A stretch of DNA of 64,000 nucleotides from Vicugna vicugna (GCA_013265495.1 MU058257.1:751418-815417); one strand, 5' to 3'; shown: positions 25,752 to 41,013, numbered from the stretch's first letter. Program-made: numbers and translations. The notes: generated by a model not told the origin, from the sequence alone.

Positions 25752-26390
25752 GCCCAAGGGAGGTGGGTTACTCTTCACCAGCCTGGGTCACCGGCCCACC
25801 CTGCCTGTGGCCATGAGGACATGTGACCGACAGCATGCAAAAGAGGGTATCTCCCAGAGAAAGAGGGCCTCTGGATTCCATGAGGAAAGGGGAGGGGATG
25901 CCAGGCCACGGAAGCCACAGGAGTCTGCTCCCTAGAAGACCCCTCTCTTTTTCACTGAGTTGTTTTCAAGTGAGACTGCACGAAACTTTCAGTTCATTTT
26001 TATTAGGGTTGATGTTAGTGTGTTGTGTTTGTTTTATTTTGCTTTGTTTTGATTTTTTTTCACCTTTTTCACATGTGGCAGGCAGCGTGAGTCCAGAGTT
26101 TTTATTTCAAAATCTTAGGATAGTACTTCATTCAGGGTTGACTCTCTGTAAAAATTATGAAGCAGGAGAAGGAGTTTGTTTTTTCATTAAACTGAAAATT
26201 TTATTTTAAGGCAGTCCTGAATGTACCAGTTATTATTTACTTTTCAATATATCTTCTAATATAGCCATCTTTTCATTCCCAGTATATCTCTAAGAAAAAA
26301 ATAAGTCTCCCAATTACTATATTGCTATTCAGGTTTTTGGGGTTTTTTTTTTTTGTTTTTTTCCCTTGTATGTTAAGTGATTCATTTCTT

Positions 26391-26410
26391 CCTTTTTTTT
26401 CTTTTCTTTT

Positions 26411-26467
<57 letters not shown>

Positions 26468-26485
26468 TTTCTTTCTTTCTTTTTT
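26391..26485. repeat. (CTTT)n microsatellite at the tail of a minus-strand L1 3' fragment (to about 26590)
   Basis: Long tttc run seen directly. Confidence 0.92.
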
Positions 26486-27119
26486 GATTGTATAGAAGTA
26501 TAGTTTACAACTAATTTCTGGTGTACAGCATAGTGTTTCAGTTATACGTATGTATTCATATTCTTATTCATACTCTTTTTCATTATAGGTTCGAAGGAGT
26601 TCATTTTAACTCCATCATCTTTTTCGTGAATGTCCTGCATTTTTTTCCTCTCCTCTCTACTTCCTCACGAAGACCTTTACAGAAATAGATCACTGTAAGA
26701 GCCCAGTACTCAACCCGCAGAATGGTGAGATTTTAGGGGCCATGCTTTGCAAGTGGGGGAGGTTTACTGAGGTGAGGAACCTTCGAGGATTCCCTCATAC
26801 AGATGTTGAATGAGACACATATGCACACTAGCGTCAGGGTAAAACCACTGGGGTTCAGAAATTCTAAGCTGCTTTTGAGGGGGCAATGAGGACATACTTA
26901 CTCTCGGGAGATTACCATGAAGACATAGTCTAAGACTTAATAATAAAATAATATGTTCTCTTCCACAAGTGAAAGTTTTTAGGGTGACATGATTGGTGGG
27001 TTCTAGGTACAAAGTTTGCAATGAACATCAATCAGATCATAAAAAGAAAGGCTTGGAACAGTATGTTCTTCTGCAAATCTTGTGTGGTATGTTTTCTTGA
27101 GGTATGTTAAACTCCAAGA

Positions 27120-27868
27120 ACCATGAATAAATAGGAAATATGAGCAGACCAATTACCAGTAATGCAATTGAATCAGTCATAAAAAAAAGTCTCTCAACAA
27201 ACAAAAGTCCAGGACCAGATGGCTTCATGGGTGAATTCTACCAAACATTTAGAGAAGAGTCAACATCTTGTCCTTCTCAAATGATTCCAAAAAATTGCAG
27301 AGGAGGGACGCTTCCGAACTCATTCTATGAGAGAGGCCAACATCACCAATCATCCTGTTAGCAGAATCAGACAACAATATCACGGAAAGAAAAAATTACA
27401 GGCCAATATCGCTTATGATCATAGATGCAAAAGTCCTCAACTAAATTTTAGCAAGCTGAATCCAACAGCACATCAAGAGGATCATACAACATGATTCAGT
27501 GAGATTTATCCCAGGCGCCCAAGGATTTTCAGTATCTGCAAACTAATTAATGTGATACATCATGTTAACAAAATAAAGAATCAAAACCAGGTGACTACAG
27601 ACATAGAAAACAAACTTATGGTTATCAGGGGTAATGGGGGTGGGGAGGGATAAATCAGGAGTTTGGGATTTGCAGATACTACTATATATAAAATAGATAA
27701 ACAACAAGGTCCTACTATACAGCACAGGGGACTATATGCAATACCTTGTAATAACCTGTAGTGAAAAAGAACATGAAAAGGAATAAATATACATATATAT
27801 CTGAATCACTATGCTGTACACCATAAAACTAACAAAACATAGTAAATCAACTTTAATTGAAGAAAAAA
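27120..27868 (+). mobile_element. L1 fragment: ORF2 piece joined through an internal deletion to the 3' UTR
   Basis: RPITSNAIESVIKKSLSTNKSPGPDGFMGEFYQTFREE (L1 ORF2), then a jump near 27590 to 3' UTR sequence. Confidence 0.92.
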
Positions 27869-29404
27869 TTGCCCAGCAGGATGCTAGAAAAAAACAAAAC
27901 ACGAAACAGGTGACTATATTGAGATATATCGGAAACATTCCCCACACACCTATAGAACCAGCTTGTTTCATTCTCTTTTACTAAATGTTACCCTTTACAA
28001 TTAAAAAAAATTTACAAGCTTCAATGGGGATGGGAACAATGGTGGGGAAAGCCTCACCTATGACAGCACACAACAGAAAGCACGACTTAGCTTCAGAGCA
28101 CTGGGCTGGGAGTCCAGTCCCCACTCTACCTGATGTTGGGTCATTCTCAATTCATTGTTTTATCCTGCTGGGCCACCAAGGTTTATGCCTGTAAAATACA
28201 GATGTTGAATGAAGTCATCTTTTAGGACTTTATCAGTTGCAAAACCAAGTGATTCTACTGTCTGGTGAGCAGTTTTTAAACAACGCTGGAGTGGGCATGT
28301 CATCATCCAAGGTCAAGTGAGACCTTGAATGTCTTGAATGGCGGGGAAGGCTGTACCAGGACTTCACATGGCATAGCTCACACCAACAGGGCTCCCTTAC
28401 GCTTCTGAGACTGGAGACCTTCTCAGTATATTTTCTTTCTGGATTGTTTGTGTGCCTAAAATGGATGGTGAGCCTCTGAAGTGACAGGGGGAGTGTGTCC
28501 TGTGTCCATCTGTGTATACTGTCAGCTCTCCTAAGAAACATGCTAATAAAATAACGTACCATGAGAAGCATGGTGGGGGATGATCAAAACCATGAGAAAA
28601 ATCAAACAAAGAAACCACAAAGCACACAGACACCTCTCATCCAAACTCTTTTCTGCCTGACCTCTCATAAGTATAGGGCGAGTCAGTAGTCCTATTCAGC
28701 TGGGAAGAGGAGGACTTAGTTCATGAAGGGTATTTGTGAGTTAACGAAATTATAAGGTTGGGGAAAAGATTCACTGAGAAAATATGGGGTAAAGCACAGC
28801 TGTTTTTCTGTATGTTTCTCTGATCATGTGATGCTGGGGTCCTGGAAACCTTCTCATTTCTAGACATCCTTGTCGATGGAAGCAGGTTGGGTACCAAACT
28901 GGGTTTCTGTGCTCTAGTCCTGGTCCCCTCCAGGAGCAGTGGTGGTGTGTCACTGGTTCCAGGTCAAGTTAAAGACAAATGATCACTTATTTTGATTGTA
29001 GCTCTCCTTTTATATCACCTCTAGCATCTATACCAAGTGTAGATTCCTTTTAGAGTATTTTTCAGAGCAAATTTGAGTTTAATGGCAGGTTTACTTATAA
29101 GCTTAGAAGCTCCACCTACCACATACTGTGCTTTTGATAGATAAGTTTTCTGGGCAGTTTCGGGGTCTTCATAGACTTACCGGGTGGGCTCATGCTGCTA
29201 AAGCTGTAGCTAGCTCCAGCAAACATTCTCAGTATTATGAAATCCAGGATGTGTAGGGGCTTTGTCATGAACATAAAAAATATTCTTCAGTGATGTGCTG
29301 GCTCAGAGCATGAGGGGGTCAGAGAGGAACCGCTCCATCCGTTTAACAAAGCATACCTTGACTGTGATTTTAACAATCATATCCCTTAAGAAAAACTGTT
29401 GTCA

Positions 29405-29582
29405 GTAGATAAACAAGATTATACTGTACAGCACAGGGAAATATATACAAGATGTTGTAGTAGCTCACAGTGAAAAAGAATGTGACAATGAATACATGTA
29501 TGTTCAGGTACAACTGAAAAATTGTGCTCTACACTGGAAATTGACACATTGTAAACTGACTATAACTCAATTGAAAAAAAAA
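29405..29582 (+). mobile_element. L1 3'-end fragment
   Basis: AGATAAACAAGATTATACTGTACAGCACAGGGAAATATATACAAGAT ... poly-A. Confidence 0.82.
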
Positions 29583-31075
29583 TCGTCAGAAAACAGTATA
29601 AATAAAAAAAGTTTCATAAAGGCCCCTGAAGAGTCCACCTTTTCCCCTGAGGCTGTATTGACCATCCTGACTTTAAAATCCCTCGTCTTATCCCTCCTGA
29701 GTTTCCCCATTCTGTGCTCCCTGGGAGTTTCTCTGTAAAACAAGCCTGCGGGTAATGAGGCAATCATCGCCTCCATTGAAGGCCACGTCTGTAAAGATCC
29801 AGGTAGGCGTACTCCGGTGGATGGAAAAATCCCCCAGAGTGCTACCCTGCCACCCTGAAGGGGATGCCCGGTCAGAACCACAGTGGCCCCTGACTGGGTC
29901 TTAATCCCACGACCGGGCAATTCCATTCCTGACGACTCGTCACATTTGAGAGGGAAAGGGAGGTGCCCCCAAGGGCTTCCGTAATTAAGCACAAACACTC
30001 TGACAGCGCGAGGTCAAGGCCTTGCTGTTGTATTCGCGCCTTCTGCACGCTGCGGCCTCCAGACCGTTCCGTTCAGTTCCGAGCCGCGTGGTGCCGTGGC
30101 CTGGCTCGTGTCCTGTTCCTTCTGGTGCTTTTCCTTTAAAAGAAGAACCAAGAGGGCGATCTTTTGGTGTTTGTTTGCTTCCTTTCCTTTTTGGTGATTC
30201 TTAGCTTCTAGCGTCGACACACTTTTCAGCCTAAAGCAAAGCGGACATTCTAGACACAAAAGCCACTGTACTTCCAGCAACTCGATTTCCCAAAGCCCCG
30301 GGGGATCCTGGGAGCTGTTAGGCTGCGGGGTGCTTACAGGCGCTCCCACCACAGCATTATTAGCTAGCGTGTTCGCTGAAAACACCTTCTTGATCTACTT
30401 CTTTTTGGACCAGTTTGCTTTCCCTTTCTACAGCTACAACCATGAAATATATGTTCGCAATATCTTAGTTCCTCTTCTTTCCCTGGTGGAGTATTTTCAA
30501 TTCTGTGATTTCAGCTCCTGCTGCTTATGTGGGGCAATTATTATTATGTGTGGTTCCTAGCCCAGATATGGGTCACACTCTAGAGATCTGCTTCAAAATT
30601 AGTTGGTAAGAATGTTGCATGAACTGATGTCATAAAAGGCAGACCACAGGCCAGTCCACCAAGACATTTTAAACTCACACTAATGAAGCTAGACTTCCAT
30701 TATTGGTGGCTCTGAGCCGTGGGGACTTGGGTGACCTGAGCCCTGGGTGTTTTCAGGAGGGGCAAGGGCTCTAAGTCAATAGATAAGAACAAGGAGAGAC
30801 GAGCTGGGCTCCTGTCCTGAGACTGCCAGGGGGGCTTCCTAGATAGGGGGCCCAGACCCCGTGGGATGCTTGGGGTCCTGGCTCCAGGAAGGAGGGTGCA
30901 TGAGGACATCAATTAGAAGAGCGTCAGAGGGAACTGGTGTCATCAGTGGGGCCAGGGATGGCTTTGTTACCTCGGGTGGAACAGCAGATAAGCTGATTGC
31001 TTCCATTGGTAAATGGCTGATTTAGAAGTTAGGGGCTGTCTCAGTCGATGCAGTTATCATTATAACTTTAAAATC

Positions 31076-31246
31076 AAAACAGCAGGGTCCTACTGTAGAG
31101 CAAAGGGAACTGTACCCAATACCTTTTAATGGCCTATAGTGAAAAAGAATATGGAAAGGAATATACATACGTGTATAACTGAATCACTGTGCTGCACACT
31201 AGACATTAACACAACATTGTAAATCAACTCTACTGCAATAAAAAAT
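31076..31246 (+). mobile_element. L1 3'-end fragment
   Basis: Same 3' UTR motif as 24310-24490. Confidence 0.8.
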
Positions 31247-33769
31247 GTATAAAATCAACCATGTTTCACTAGGATAGTTTCACTCGATGCTTTCTAAGTC
31301 TGGAGGTCCTCTTACCACTTTTCTCTTCAAGTAAGTTCGTCTGGTTCTCTGTCCTCGAGTCATGCCTTTGTGTTTCTGCTATTGGATGAAAATGGTTATA
31401 TACAACGTACCATTTTAGCATCTTCCAGAGCAGATTCAGAGAGTTACCCTCAGTTCCCTCTACCCTTCCTCTCAGGACTCAATAATAATTTTTTCACTTT
31501 CATTTAGCCTTCAAAAAACAGGATAATGTATCCAAAGATAAAGTCAATTGCAAAGTGCTTTTGCCTCAAAAGCGCTGACTTTTGCTATTCTTGATATCAA
31601 ATCGCCATTGTTTGGAAGCAAGAAAGATCATTTCAAAATGATTTCAACAATCTAGAGGGGCATCGAAGAAACTGTCCAGCCCTGCTGCCATTTTTCAGAT
31701 GCATTCTTCTTGCTAACGACTGTTCTGTAAAATCGTTATGACCGCTCTTCTGGTTAACGTAGTAATCTAGAAATATGTAGACAGCTTGCTCTTGTATCTG
31801 ACTTATCCTTGAGGCCATCAGAAAGGTTAGTTCCTCTTGCCGACGCCGATCTGTTATTTCTTCTATTTTCAGGGTGGAGCTTAGAAGACCCAGGTGACAT
31901 GATCAATAAGCCATGTTGAAAATGGCTCAGAACTCCATTTTATCTTTAAAAAAAAAAACCTTTAAAATCAGAAGCCCTGGCATCGCACTCTCCGACTGCC
32001 ACAGGAGACCAGAAGGATGTCAGTGCTTTTTCCTGTCTATTTTTGTCCCCTGCCGTATCACAGCCCTGGAAGGGAGCTTTAGAAGTCATCAGTCTGTGCT
32101 GTTGCCTTTATGCTGAGCATCACAGACGAGAGATGATCGACCTTGTTCCCAAAGGCCTGGCTGTGGGAAGTGTTTCAAAATGAATGGACAAATATTTGTG
32201 CTTACTGTGTAGGTAGGACAATGTGGGGAGAAGACCGCAGGGAAGTAGAAGACGCCAGCCACACCCCCTGGGAACCTTCCGGTCCGTCTGGGGAGGACAG
32301 ATACCTTGATGTGCAGAAAGCTGCCGTCAGAGAACCTGGCGTAGGTCTTGAAGCTCTAACCCACTGACCACTGCAAATATGTCTCCCTGACATCCCTGTC
32401 ATTTGCTCCTGTCCGTCCATGACTGGGAAATTCCAACTGCTAAGAAACGTTACCCAGCTCTAAATTCTGAAGACTTAATGTGTGATTGTTAGGTCTGTGA
32501 GGTTAGAAGACTGCTGTAGAGATAGGCAGCTGGGAGACACAGTCTGGCTTTACCAGTCCCTGACAATGTGGCCTTGGCAGTCTCACGCCACGTTTTTGCC
32601 TTTCAATTTCCCATCTGTAAACTGAGGGAGAACATACCCCCTCATACAGGATTGGGGGAGCTCCATGTTTAATTTCAGAACAGGGTCTGCTCATCATGTC
32701 AGATGGTATTTGTTCAAGGTCATTCAAGTACTTCATTACACCTTTTGTGTCTTGTCTCCCCTTCTTCCCTCTGCCTGCTCTTTTCCAGGTGAGACCTCTC
32801 CGCTCACATGATTCCCAGCATCACCGTTCAACTGTTGATCACAGGGTGCAGTTTCAGAACTGACTCAGTCTTCCTGGTTGATTATTAATGTCGCCCTTAC
32901 TCCAAACAAGGATGAACAGAAACGAGAGGGTCAATTACTATGTTCTAAATACTATCCTTATAATATTGTACCCCAACTTTGCAAAAATGTCTTAGCAAAA
33001 AAAGGTGAACAAAACATAATCCTTTCCTTCCCGTAAGAACGGCAGACACATAAGCAACTTCCTTATTCTCTTGTTCTTAAGTCTGAAGGGCCAACCATGG
33101 GTCACCAAGCATCTGAGAAAAGCCTGCAGCACAGAAGTGAAACACCAGAAAAGCAAAGCCAACCCCAAAGGAAAAAACATGGTGAAAAAAAACAACTTAA
33201 AAAGTACTCAGAAACTGTGACTAGTATGCTGAGAGACTTGAGAAGCTACTGTATTGCAAGATGGGCCAGTTATTTGTGAGGGGTGGGGGGAAATACATTC
33301 CTTAATAACCTGGTCGCATAGTCCTTCTGGAGTCACGTGCCGGTCTGCCCTGCTTACCGTCTTGCTTTAGGAACTCCCACTTTGATGCCTGGGATTCGCT
33401 CATCCATCTAACTCTTCAGTCATCAAAGCTGACCTGAAGTACCCGCTCTCTGGTGGGTCTTCCCAGAGCCACACTCGGGGCTCCCTAGTGTTCGGTTAAT
33501 TCTTCTTGTCGGCTGTGTTCTGGTTCCTGATGCGGTCTTCCCTCCTTAGGAGGCTACAGAGTCCTTGAGAAGAGGGGTTTATTTGATTCATCTTCTTCCC
33601 AGCATCTAGCAATGGGCCACATAAAAGTCTCTCCAGTTAAATAAAGACATACTAAAAATGTTCACGTGGCGGGTGCCTTCTTTCTGATGTTTGCACCCTA
33701 ATGATGAGAAGATGTGGGAAGCCTGGCAGGACAACGGGCCCGTAACGAGCATCTATTTTGTGCTGCGTG

Positions 33770-33960
33770 GGACACGAAGTGGTTTACATCTTCGTTCGTT
33801 TGATCCCCGCAGCGACTTGATAAAGTTAGCATTATTATCCCCACTTACACATAAGTAAAATGAAGTTCAGAGAGTCTGAGTCACCGGCAGGCTCTCATTT
33901 ATAGATCCCAGGTCTGGGAAGTCAGTAAAAACTAGGACAAGGACTCAGATTAACCTGAGT
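33770..33960. mobile_element. MIR remnant
   Basis: ATTATTATCCCCACTTACACATAAGTAAAATGAAGTTCAGAGAG core. Confidence 0.6.
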
Positions 33961-34646
33961 TCCCCTAAAGCCGTAGACAGATTAAATGACTCAGAAGAAC
34001 GTGAAGTGGTTTGAGTTCTAGGGGAAAAGCTACAGAAATATGATAATGACATTTTCTTATTCAAAACTCTTTCAAATGCATTGTCTTTGCAGACAGACTA
34101 ACCGAATTCCAATTCCCCAGCCTAGCACTGAGGAGCCGAAAAACTGAGTGGCGACATACGTCTCCTCCCTTCATTGCCATGAATTCCACCTTCATCCTCT
34201 GTCTTGTTGGCATGAGCTCCGGGGATACATGCCTCTTCCTAGCTTTCCACGTTTGCACGCTCTTCCTCCCACCTGGAATGTGTTTGGTGGAAAGCACCTG
34301 CAGTGCTAACTGGTTTCCGTAGCCTCATCCTAATTGCCTCTAGGGTTTTCTTAAGCTTTTGGGAAAAATAAAATTCTTAATGGGCCACCATTGCAAATGC
34401 TGTGGCAGTTCGGGAATGTCCAGCTAAAAAAAGACCTTAAAGGGACACAGATTCAGGCTTCAGGAAACTATAAAAGAAACCACAAGGTTGGCACTTCCAA
34501 CAACATGATAAAACATCACCAGATACGTGGCTTGAAACATGGAAAGATGATTGAAACTTAAGGATATAAAAAGTTGGGTTTTTTTTTAAGTCTATCCTAA
34601 GAGATCATTCTGAACCAACCTACATCTGTCACCCTCCTCATCTAGG

Positions 34647-34771
34647 GTTTTTTTTGGGTGGGGGGAGAGGTAATTAGGTTCATCTATTTATAGAGTGGCG
34701 GTACTGGGGATTGAACCAAGACCTGGTACACACTAAGCACACGCTCTACCACTGTGCTCTGCCCTCCCCCC
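34647..34771 (-). mobile_element. tRNA-derived SINE (camelid type)
   Basis: Reverse complement of the same head (GGGGATTGAACC...CTCTACCACTG on the plus strand). Confidence 0.82.
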
Positions 34772-35899
34772 GTCCCCTCATCTCAACTTTCACTCATCTA
34801 GTTCTTTCACTTACCCCGTGCCCAGCTCAGTTATCTATAGCCCTGGCCTGGGCAAGACGTCAAGGTTGCCCCCTTCATCTGCCTGCTGGATCTGGTCCAG
34901 GGTGAGCCACAACTTTGTTTGATTCTCCAGTGTGCAGTCCACCTCTGGTCCAGCAGGTAGAGTGTGGATAATTGCAGTTACACCATGGTGCATAATGTAC
35001 ATATTCCAGCCCATTCAACTTTATGGTTTTTCTTCTTTATTACAATTCACTAACTTAAGGAAAGGAGAGGAAGACAGTGTTTCTCAAGATGACAGGAGCA
35101 CAGCTGTCAGGCAGCTCCTCTCCACGACTGTGAACCAGAGGACGGGGCCGTCCTCTGCCCTGGCGCACTCGGGCTGACCTCCCCATCCCTCCCGGCCCCA
35201 CCAAAGCGAGTCTACTTCTGCTCACCTATGTTTATAGGAGGTTCAGGTTTTCATGGGTGGTGTGTAGAACTCTCTAGATGAGCAACAGTGCGCACGCGCA
35301 TGACGTTCAGAGGAACAGCACGTTACCGTGACCCTGTAACTGGCGTGTTGTGGCCCTTTTCTTCGAGTGTGTGAAGTCACTTTGGAGAAGAAAAGATAAA
35401 ATGGTCAGATGACTTGGGACGCAGATGAGGGTGTATTTACAACCTCCTTTCTGAAAACCCAGCCCGAAACAAATAGCTCAGGTGACTTTGTTTCCTTATT
35501 TACTTGTTGGCTGTTCATCGGGAGGAGATCAGACAACGCACTTGGCCACTGCTCTGACGTGCTGCTGGACTATTAATGCCCTCTGCTCATCCCACTGAGT
35601 GTGAAAATTCATGGTTTTGCTACAGACACATGAATGTGTTTGACTGGAGGACATCACCCAAATGTGCCCCACTGGGATATGACCCGGGTACCATATTTGT
35701 TTTGTGAAATTTGAGAAGCTCTGAAGAGTAGGCACACCTGGCCAAAGGGGCTTTCAGTGACCAAGGAAGACCTGTGATGCAGGAGAAACTGTCTTGGTTC
35801 TAAACCTCTCTCTCTTGGGACACCATAACTAGGCCCTCTGGCTCACCTGTTCTAGGACCCCACACTAGCAATCATGAATGTTATCACATCTCCAAGCCA

Positions 35900-36930
35900 C
35901 TGACCTCCCTCCCTTGTGTGAAGTGCTCCATCCTGTCCTCAACCCGTTATCCATGCCTTCGCCAGAGCAGTTGTACATCCCTGAGAGAAGCCATGTGATG
36001 CCGCCGACCATTCTCCCTGAAGTCCACCAGCACAGTCTCCCCTCGACGCCGTCCTGTGCTTTACTCCCCTGGTACTTTCTCTCTCCCTCCTGCTTATGTG
36101 GCACCTACTTACCTCCTCTTAAAATATCTATGTTCAATTACCCATTCTGCTCAGCTGATGACCTCCGCTCAGACATGCTGAAAAAAATACAAGCAGACGA
36201 TGAAAACAGATGAATTCATCTTCACTCCACCAAATCAGCTCCTCCGCCCTTCTCGAGGGCATCAGCTCTGCGGTGACAGCTTACCTTCTCTCTGACCCCC
36301 CAACCCCCGCATCATCGAGGCACTCACTGACTCCTTCCCACTCGCACAAAAAGACACCACAGTAGTTCCCGCCTCGCCCCCAGCTACTGTGGCTCGCCTC
36401 TGGTCTCCATCACAGTGCAATTTCGGGCAGAAGTTCTCAGCATCTCTCCCTCGGCTCTGTCCTCGCCACAGTTGCTGCCACACCACTGACATCACTCTTG
36501 TCAAGGTCCCAAGCCTTGCAGGTGGCCCCATGCTGCGGTCACTTCTCTAGTCTCATCCTCACCTTCAGTTGTCCCACGTTGGACCTTCCTCTCCTGGAAC
36601 TGCTTTCTCTTCCTGGCTTCTGTGACTACACGCTCTCCTGATCTTTTCCCCCAACCCTCCTGGTTATTTCTTCTCACGCCCTTTGCTACCTGCAACCCCT
36701 ACAAGTTGGGGTGTCCCCGAGCTCAGTGCTGGGGCCCCTCTCTGCCCTGTTTCACTCGATGACCTTATCCAATGAGGTGACTTTAAGACTCCAAGCTGAC
36801 ACCCCTACTCGGCCCTGAAGCCTGGAGCCACACATCTAATTGTCAGTGTAACTGTCCCCTGGAAAGTCAGGCGGGCACATTAACCACACCAGACAGAGTT
36901 CCTGGTACTTCCCCACCTCTGTTCTACCTG
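35900..36930 (+). mobile_element. L2 remnant
   Basis: Pyrimidine-rich L2-like phrases (CTCTTGTCAAGGTC, CTTCTGTGACTACACGCTCTCCTG, CTCAGTGCTGGGCCCC). Boundaries approximate. Confidence 0.55.
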
Positions 36931-39900
36931 GTGATCTGTGAACACCAGTGAGTCACAAAGGTCACTGCTTCCACAGGAGTCTCTGGGACACAGCATGGTT
37001 CAAGAGTCCCAGACACATCCAACAGGCGAGCCCAGGATCAGTGGGCCAGAATCAGCACAGCCATGCTTTTTGGCCAAACACCATGGTTTCAAGCATTGTG
37101 CATTTTTAATTGATTTTTTTAAACCGCATATTGGGGATGGTTTTTTATACCACAAAGTGGACATTGGTTTTAAGGCATGAAGTAAAAAGAAATACCTATG
37201 TTAGAGTGTAAGTTACTGAGAAGCACAGATTTGCAAATTCTGCACATTTGCCTCCAGGTGACCTTCACCAGATCCACAGGTCAAATCTCCAAGTTTTTGT
37301 CAAGCTCATCAAGATGTCTCAAATGCTTAAAAATGAAGATAAAAAACAGAAAATATATAGTAGTTATCTATCTAGTTTGGCTTTTCATCTAATAAAAATG
37401 TGTTATTTGGCAAGGGCTTGCAAATAACAGCCTACAAACTCCTTTCATATCATTTGAACAATTATAAAAATGAACCAGCTGATTTTTAAACTGCAAAAAT
37501 CAGGAATTCTAAACACCAGCTACTAAAAAATCAAATCTTGATGTAACATGTAATTAGATTTTAATCTACATTTTAATACACATCAGTCCCCTAATCGCGT
37601 ACAGTGTCATTTGGAAACTTGTTACCAAACCATCCTTTTTTCTTACATAATTAAAGTAAATCAAATACCATGTGTCATATAATAAATCAGAAAAAGCTAA
37701 ATTATTTTATGCATAGAATATAATATAGGAGACTATAGCAAATGAACTTTGTAATATGATTTCTAATAATACACTGATCTAAAATTAAAAAAAATTTAAT
37801 TTAAAATGACTTCATTGTGTACCATGAAAAACTTTTAAAGGGGACGATTTGCAAGATGACTACGAAAGTGGTTCAGAGTCGCAAGAGGCTGGGAAATTCA
37901 GGACCAGGGCACAGGACAGTCTCAGACCATCAGTGAGTCAATTTAATTTTAAACACACCAGCTTTTAGCTGCTACAGAATGTTGAGTTTGATCATTTTCA
38001 ATGAGTCCGATTGTTTCTTGCCTTTATTACTTTCCTCAGCTTCTTTATCAGGTTGGGAAGTTAGGTGGTCCACATCATCTTCTTGGCTCCACGAGTCCCC
38101 TCCTTGAAGTGTAGACTGTTGGACAGGGGGCTACAAGCTTGACTGTCGGTCTGCAACCCACATCTGTCTTGGGGACTCAGATGCTAAGGAACACAGCTTT
38201 TCACGCTAGGCAGATGCAAACACACTGGGCAGAATTTCTTTTTCAGAATGTATTTTGATGATTGAAACACCTGGGTACCACGAGTCAGCGCACAGCAAGG
38301 AAATGTTACTAAATTGTACTCTGTGCAAAGAAACACCTTCCAGGGCTTTTGAAGATTCCCCATAAGGGAGACTAAATCAAAACACTGTACCTCATTGGAA
38401 ATTAAGATTTGTGCGAAAGAAACATATATGTAATTCATATTATAGTTATGTATTACATATTATATTTTGGATTATATATCAATATTATATAACATATATT
38501 TGAGTCTTTCACATTCTTTTTCATATTAAATACTCAGTAGGCTACTTAAAAATGCTGTTTTTGTTTTCTAAACAAGCCTGATGGAATTAAAGAGAAGCTT
38601 TTGTTTTAAATTAATAAGATGCAGGACTTTCATAAAGGAAGGGAGAGAGAGAGAAGACAAGACAGATAACATTGCCAGTGTGTCTGCAGACTCCCCATCT
38701 TGGCTGGGTTACAGACCTTCTTGAAAGGTCATTTGGTAAAGTGAAATAAATGACTTGGAAAAAGTACTCCCAATGGAAAATTGTTTTGAACAATTAAATC
38801 ATCATCATAATAATTTAAACCACTTTCCAATAGATCTTTTCATGAGTGCTTACAATTCCAAAGTGATTTTTATAAAAACGAAACTTGGCAACCAATTAAT
38901 GTGTGGTCTTATCTGATTTGATTTTCTTGAGGACAGAGAATGCTAAAGAAGATTCCTAAAAATGATAGCCATTTAAGGTATTCATACACATAACTTTTTT
39001 TGAAACCTACTATATGGATTTTTATTGTAAATTAAAATAATGTACCTTCTTTCTTCTCATCGAACACACTGCAGTAACTTTGACACGGTCTGTATGCTCA
39101 TGCTTGAAGCAAACCTGCACAACACAGACACCCCCACATACACCAAGCCTTACTACTTTTATTGAAAAAAGAACCCAATAAACCATCTTCAGTAATCATT
39201 GCTAACTTTGTTTAGAAATAGAAACAAAGTCTCACCACCTGCATGTTAATGATTATCTTTATAACAAACTCACTGTTACACTAAATGCAAAAGGATCCTC
39301 TTACTTAAATACGTATTTAAACTTATTTTTGCAAGGAAAGCACTGGGGATGGAGTTGCAACTCTGGTTGTTGGTGGTATTGGCTCGGCCAGGTCTCTCTC
39401 TCGTAGTGACTGTGAAGCTAGGAAGTGGCTTTCAGGTGTAGCTCATGGAATGTCTTATTAAATGGAAATAATGGGCTTCTGGGAGCTTCTAAAAATATAG
39501 GTGATACTGTCTCAGGTCCACGCTGTGTGAAATCTTTCCCTTGTGAAGTACCTTCTGTATTCTTATATATGGGTCCTTTTGCGACTCATCAAAAACAAGA
39601 CCAAAAATTAAAAAAAAACATACACCCTTGTTGCTTGTTTCTCTGAACACATCTGAGAAAGATGACTGGACTGATAAGAAAGGAAAGAAAAATAAACTGG
39701 TGTCACTAATAAATATATAATTTGAAACCCCAACAATTGCCATTTATTTCTCAAATAGCCCCTGTGATACTAAATAGTAAGAGTTTCATGGGCATAACTG
39801 TGTCCCGACGGGAGGCAGGGGAACAAAAACTCGAAATTTATATGGTCTGTTTCTCTCAGAGGCTTATGATTAGAAACAAACACAAACAAACACAAACAGA

Positions 39901-40639
39901 ACAAAAAAAATCTTACAGCAACATCTGCCAGTTATAAAAAACAGCTGAAAGGTTTGTTGATTTTGACCTCTTCTTTGTGCCATTTGAACCTTAGTCTTAC
40001 TTCTTTTGCTGGGAGGCAGAGGATGAAAAAAAATTGAATCAAAAAGAGAAGGAAGAAGCAAGAAGAATGGAAAGGGAAGTAAGAGGAACTGGGCAGAGTG
40101 AAAACAGGCAAGGGGGCTGTTGTAGCTAACACTCACGTGCTCTTTGGAAAAGACATGGCCCCCCTTATATTGTCTGTGGCCTTGCACGCCCTGCCGGCTC
40201 CACCCACTCCTGGTCCACCACCTGCCTGTGGGCACCTGTGTCCAGAGGGAGGGTGGCCGAGGGCCTCCCCCTGGTTTCCATGAAGCCCAAGTGAAGCTCC
40301 TTCAGATGTCTGTGACCTGGGGAAGCACATGCCCTTCTTGGAGCCTGTTTCCTTGTTTCTAAATTGGGAAAACTGCTGATGTGATGAAGTGTTTTGGAGG
40401 AACAGCAAAAATAACACACACGTCCACACACATGCACACTCACATCCTCCCCCCAGCTCCCTGCCTGAACAGGCATGGCTTCATAGAGTCTAAAAAATAA
40501 ACACATAAATAAATAATAAAAAAGCTCCCCCACCATGTATTTTTTTTGATTACCCAAGTGAAGACAAGACACTCTGCAGAAAGGAATTTAAATAATATAT
40601 AACTCTCAGAATAGTCACGTACTAGCTTATTCTGGCATA

Positions 40640-41013
40640 TTCTTTTGGAGTTTTTCTTCAATGAATATGCACGCATATATTTTTATTCCCAAACAGTTGT
40701 ACATATCATTCTGCAACTCCTTCTTGAAGCTGATGGGACAATTCAGACGTCTTTTTCTGTCAATACATACACTAGATCAATCTTGCAACTTTGAGCAGAT
40801 GTCACTTACGTGGCTGTGGTGTAATATTTATCAGTGTGCATATCCTTGGTGGACATTTAGGTAGCTTTCTGTCCTTGACCAATGCAAGCAGTGCTGTGGT
40901 GAACGTCTTTGCATATATATTGCATGTATGTGTGTCAGTTTTTGTGTAAGATGTGTTCCTAGGGTAGAATGTTTGCATGACAGGTAGGGTTCATTGGAAA
41001 TTTTGATAGGAAA
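40640..41013 (-). mobile_element. Old L1M fragment abutting the 3' LTR (probable insertion target of the provirus)
   Basis: TGGTGGACATTTAGGTAGCTTTC...GTGCTGTGGTGAACGTCTTTG...TTCCTAGGGTAGAAT resembles a decayed L1 ORF2 end. Confidence 0.6.
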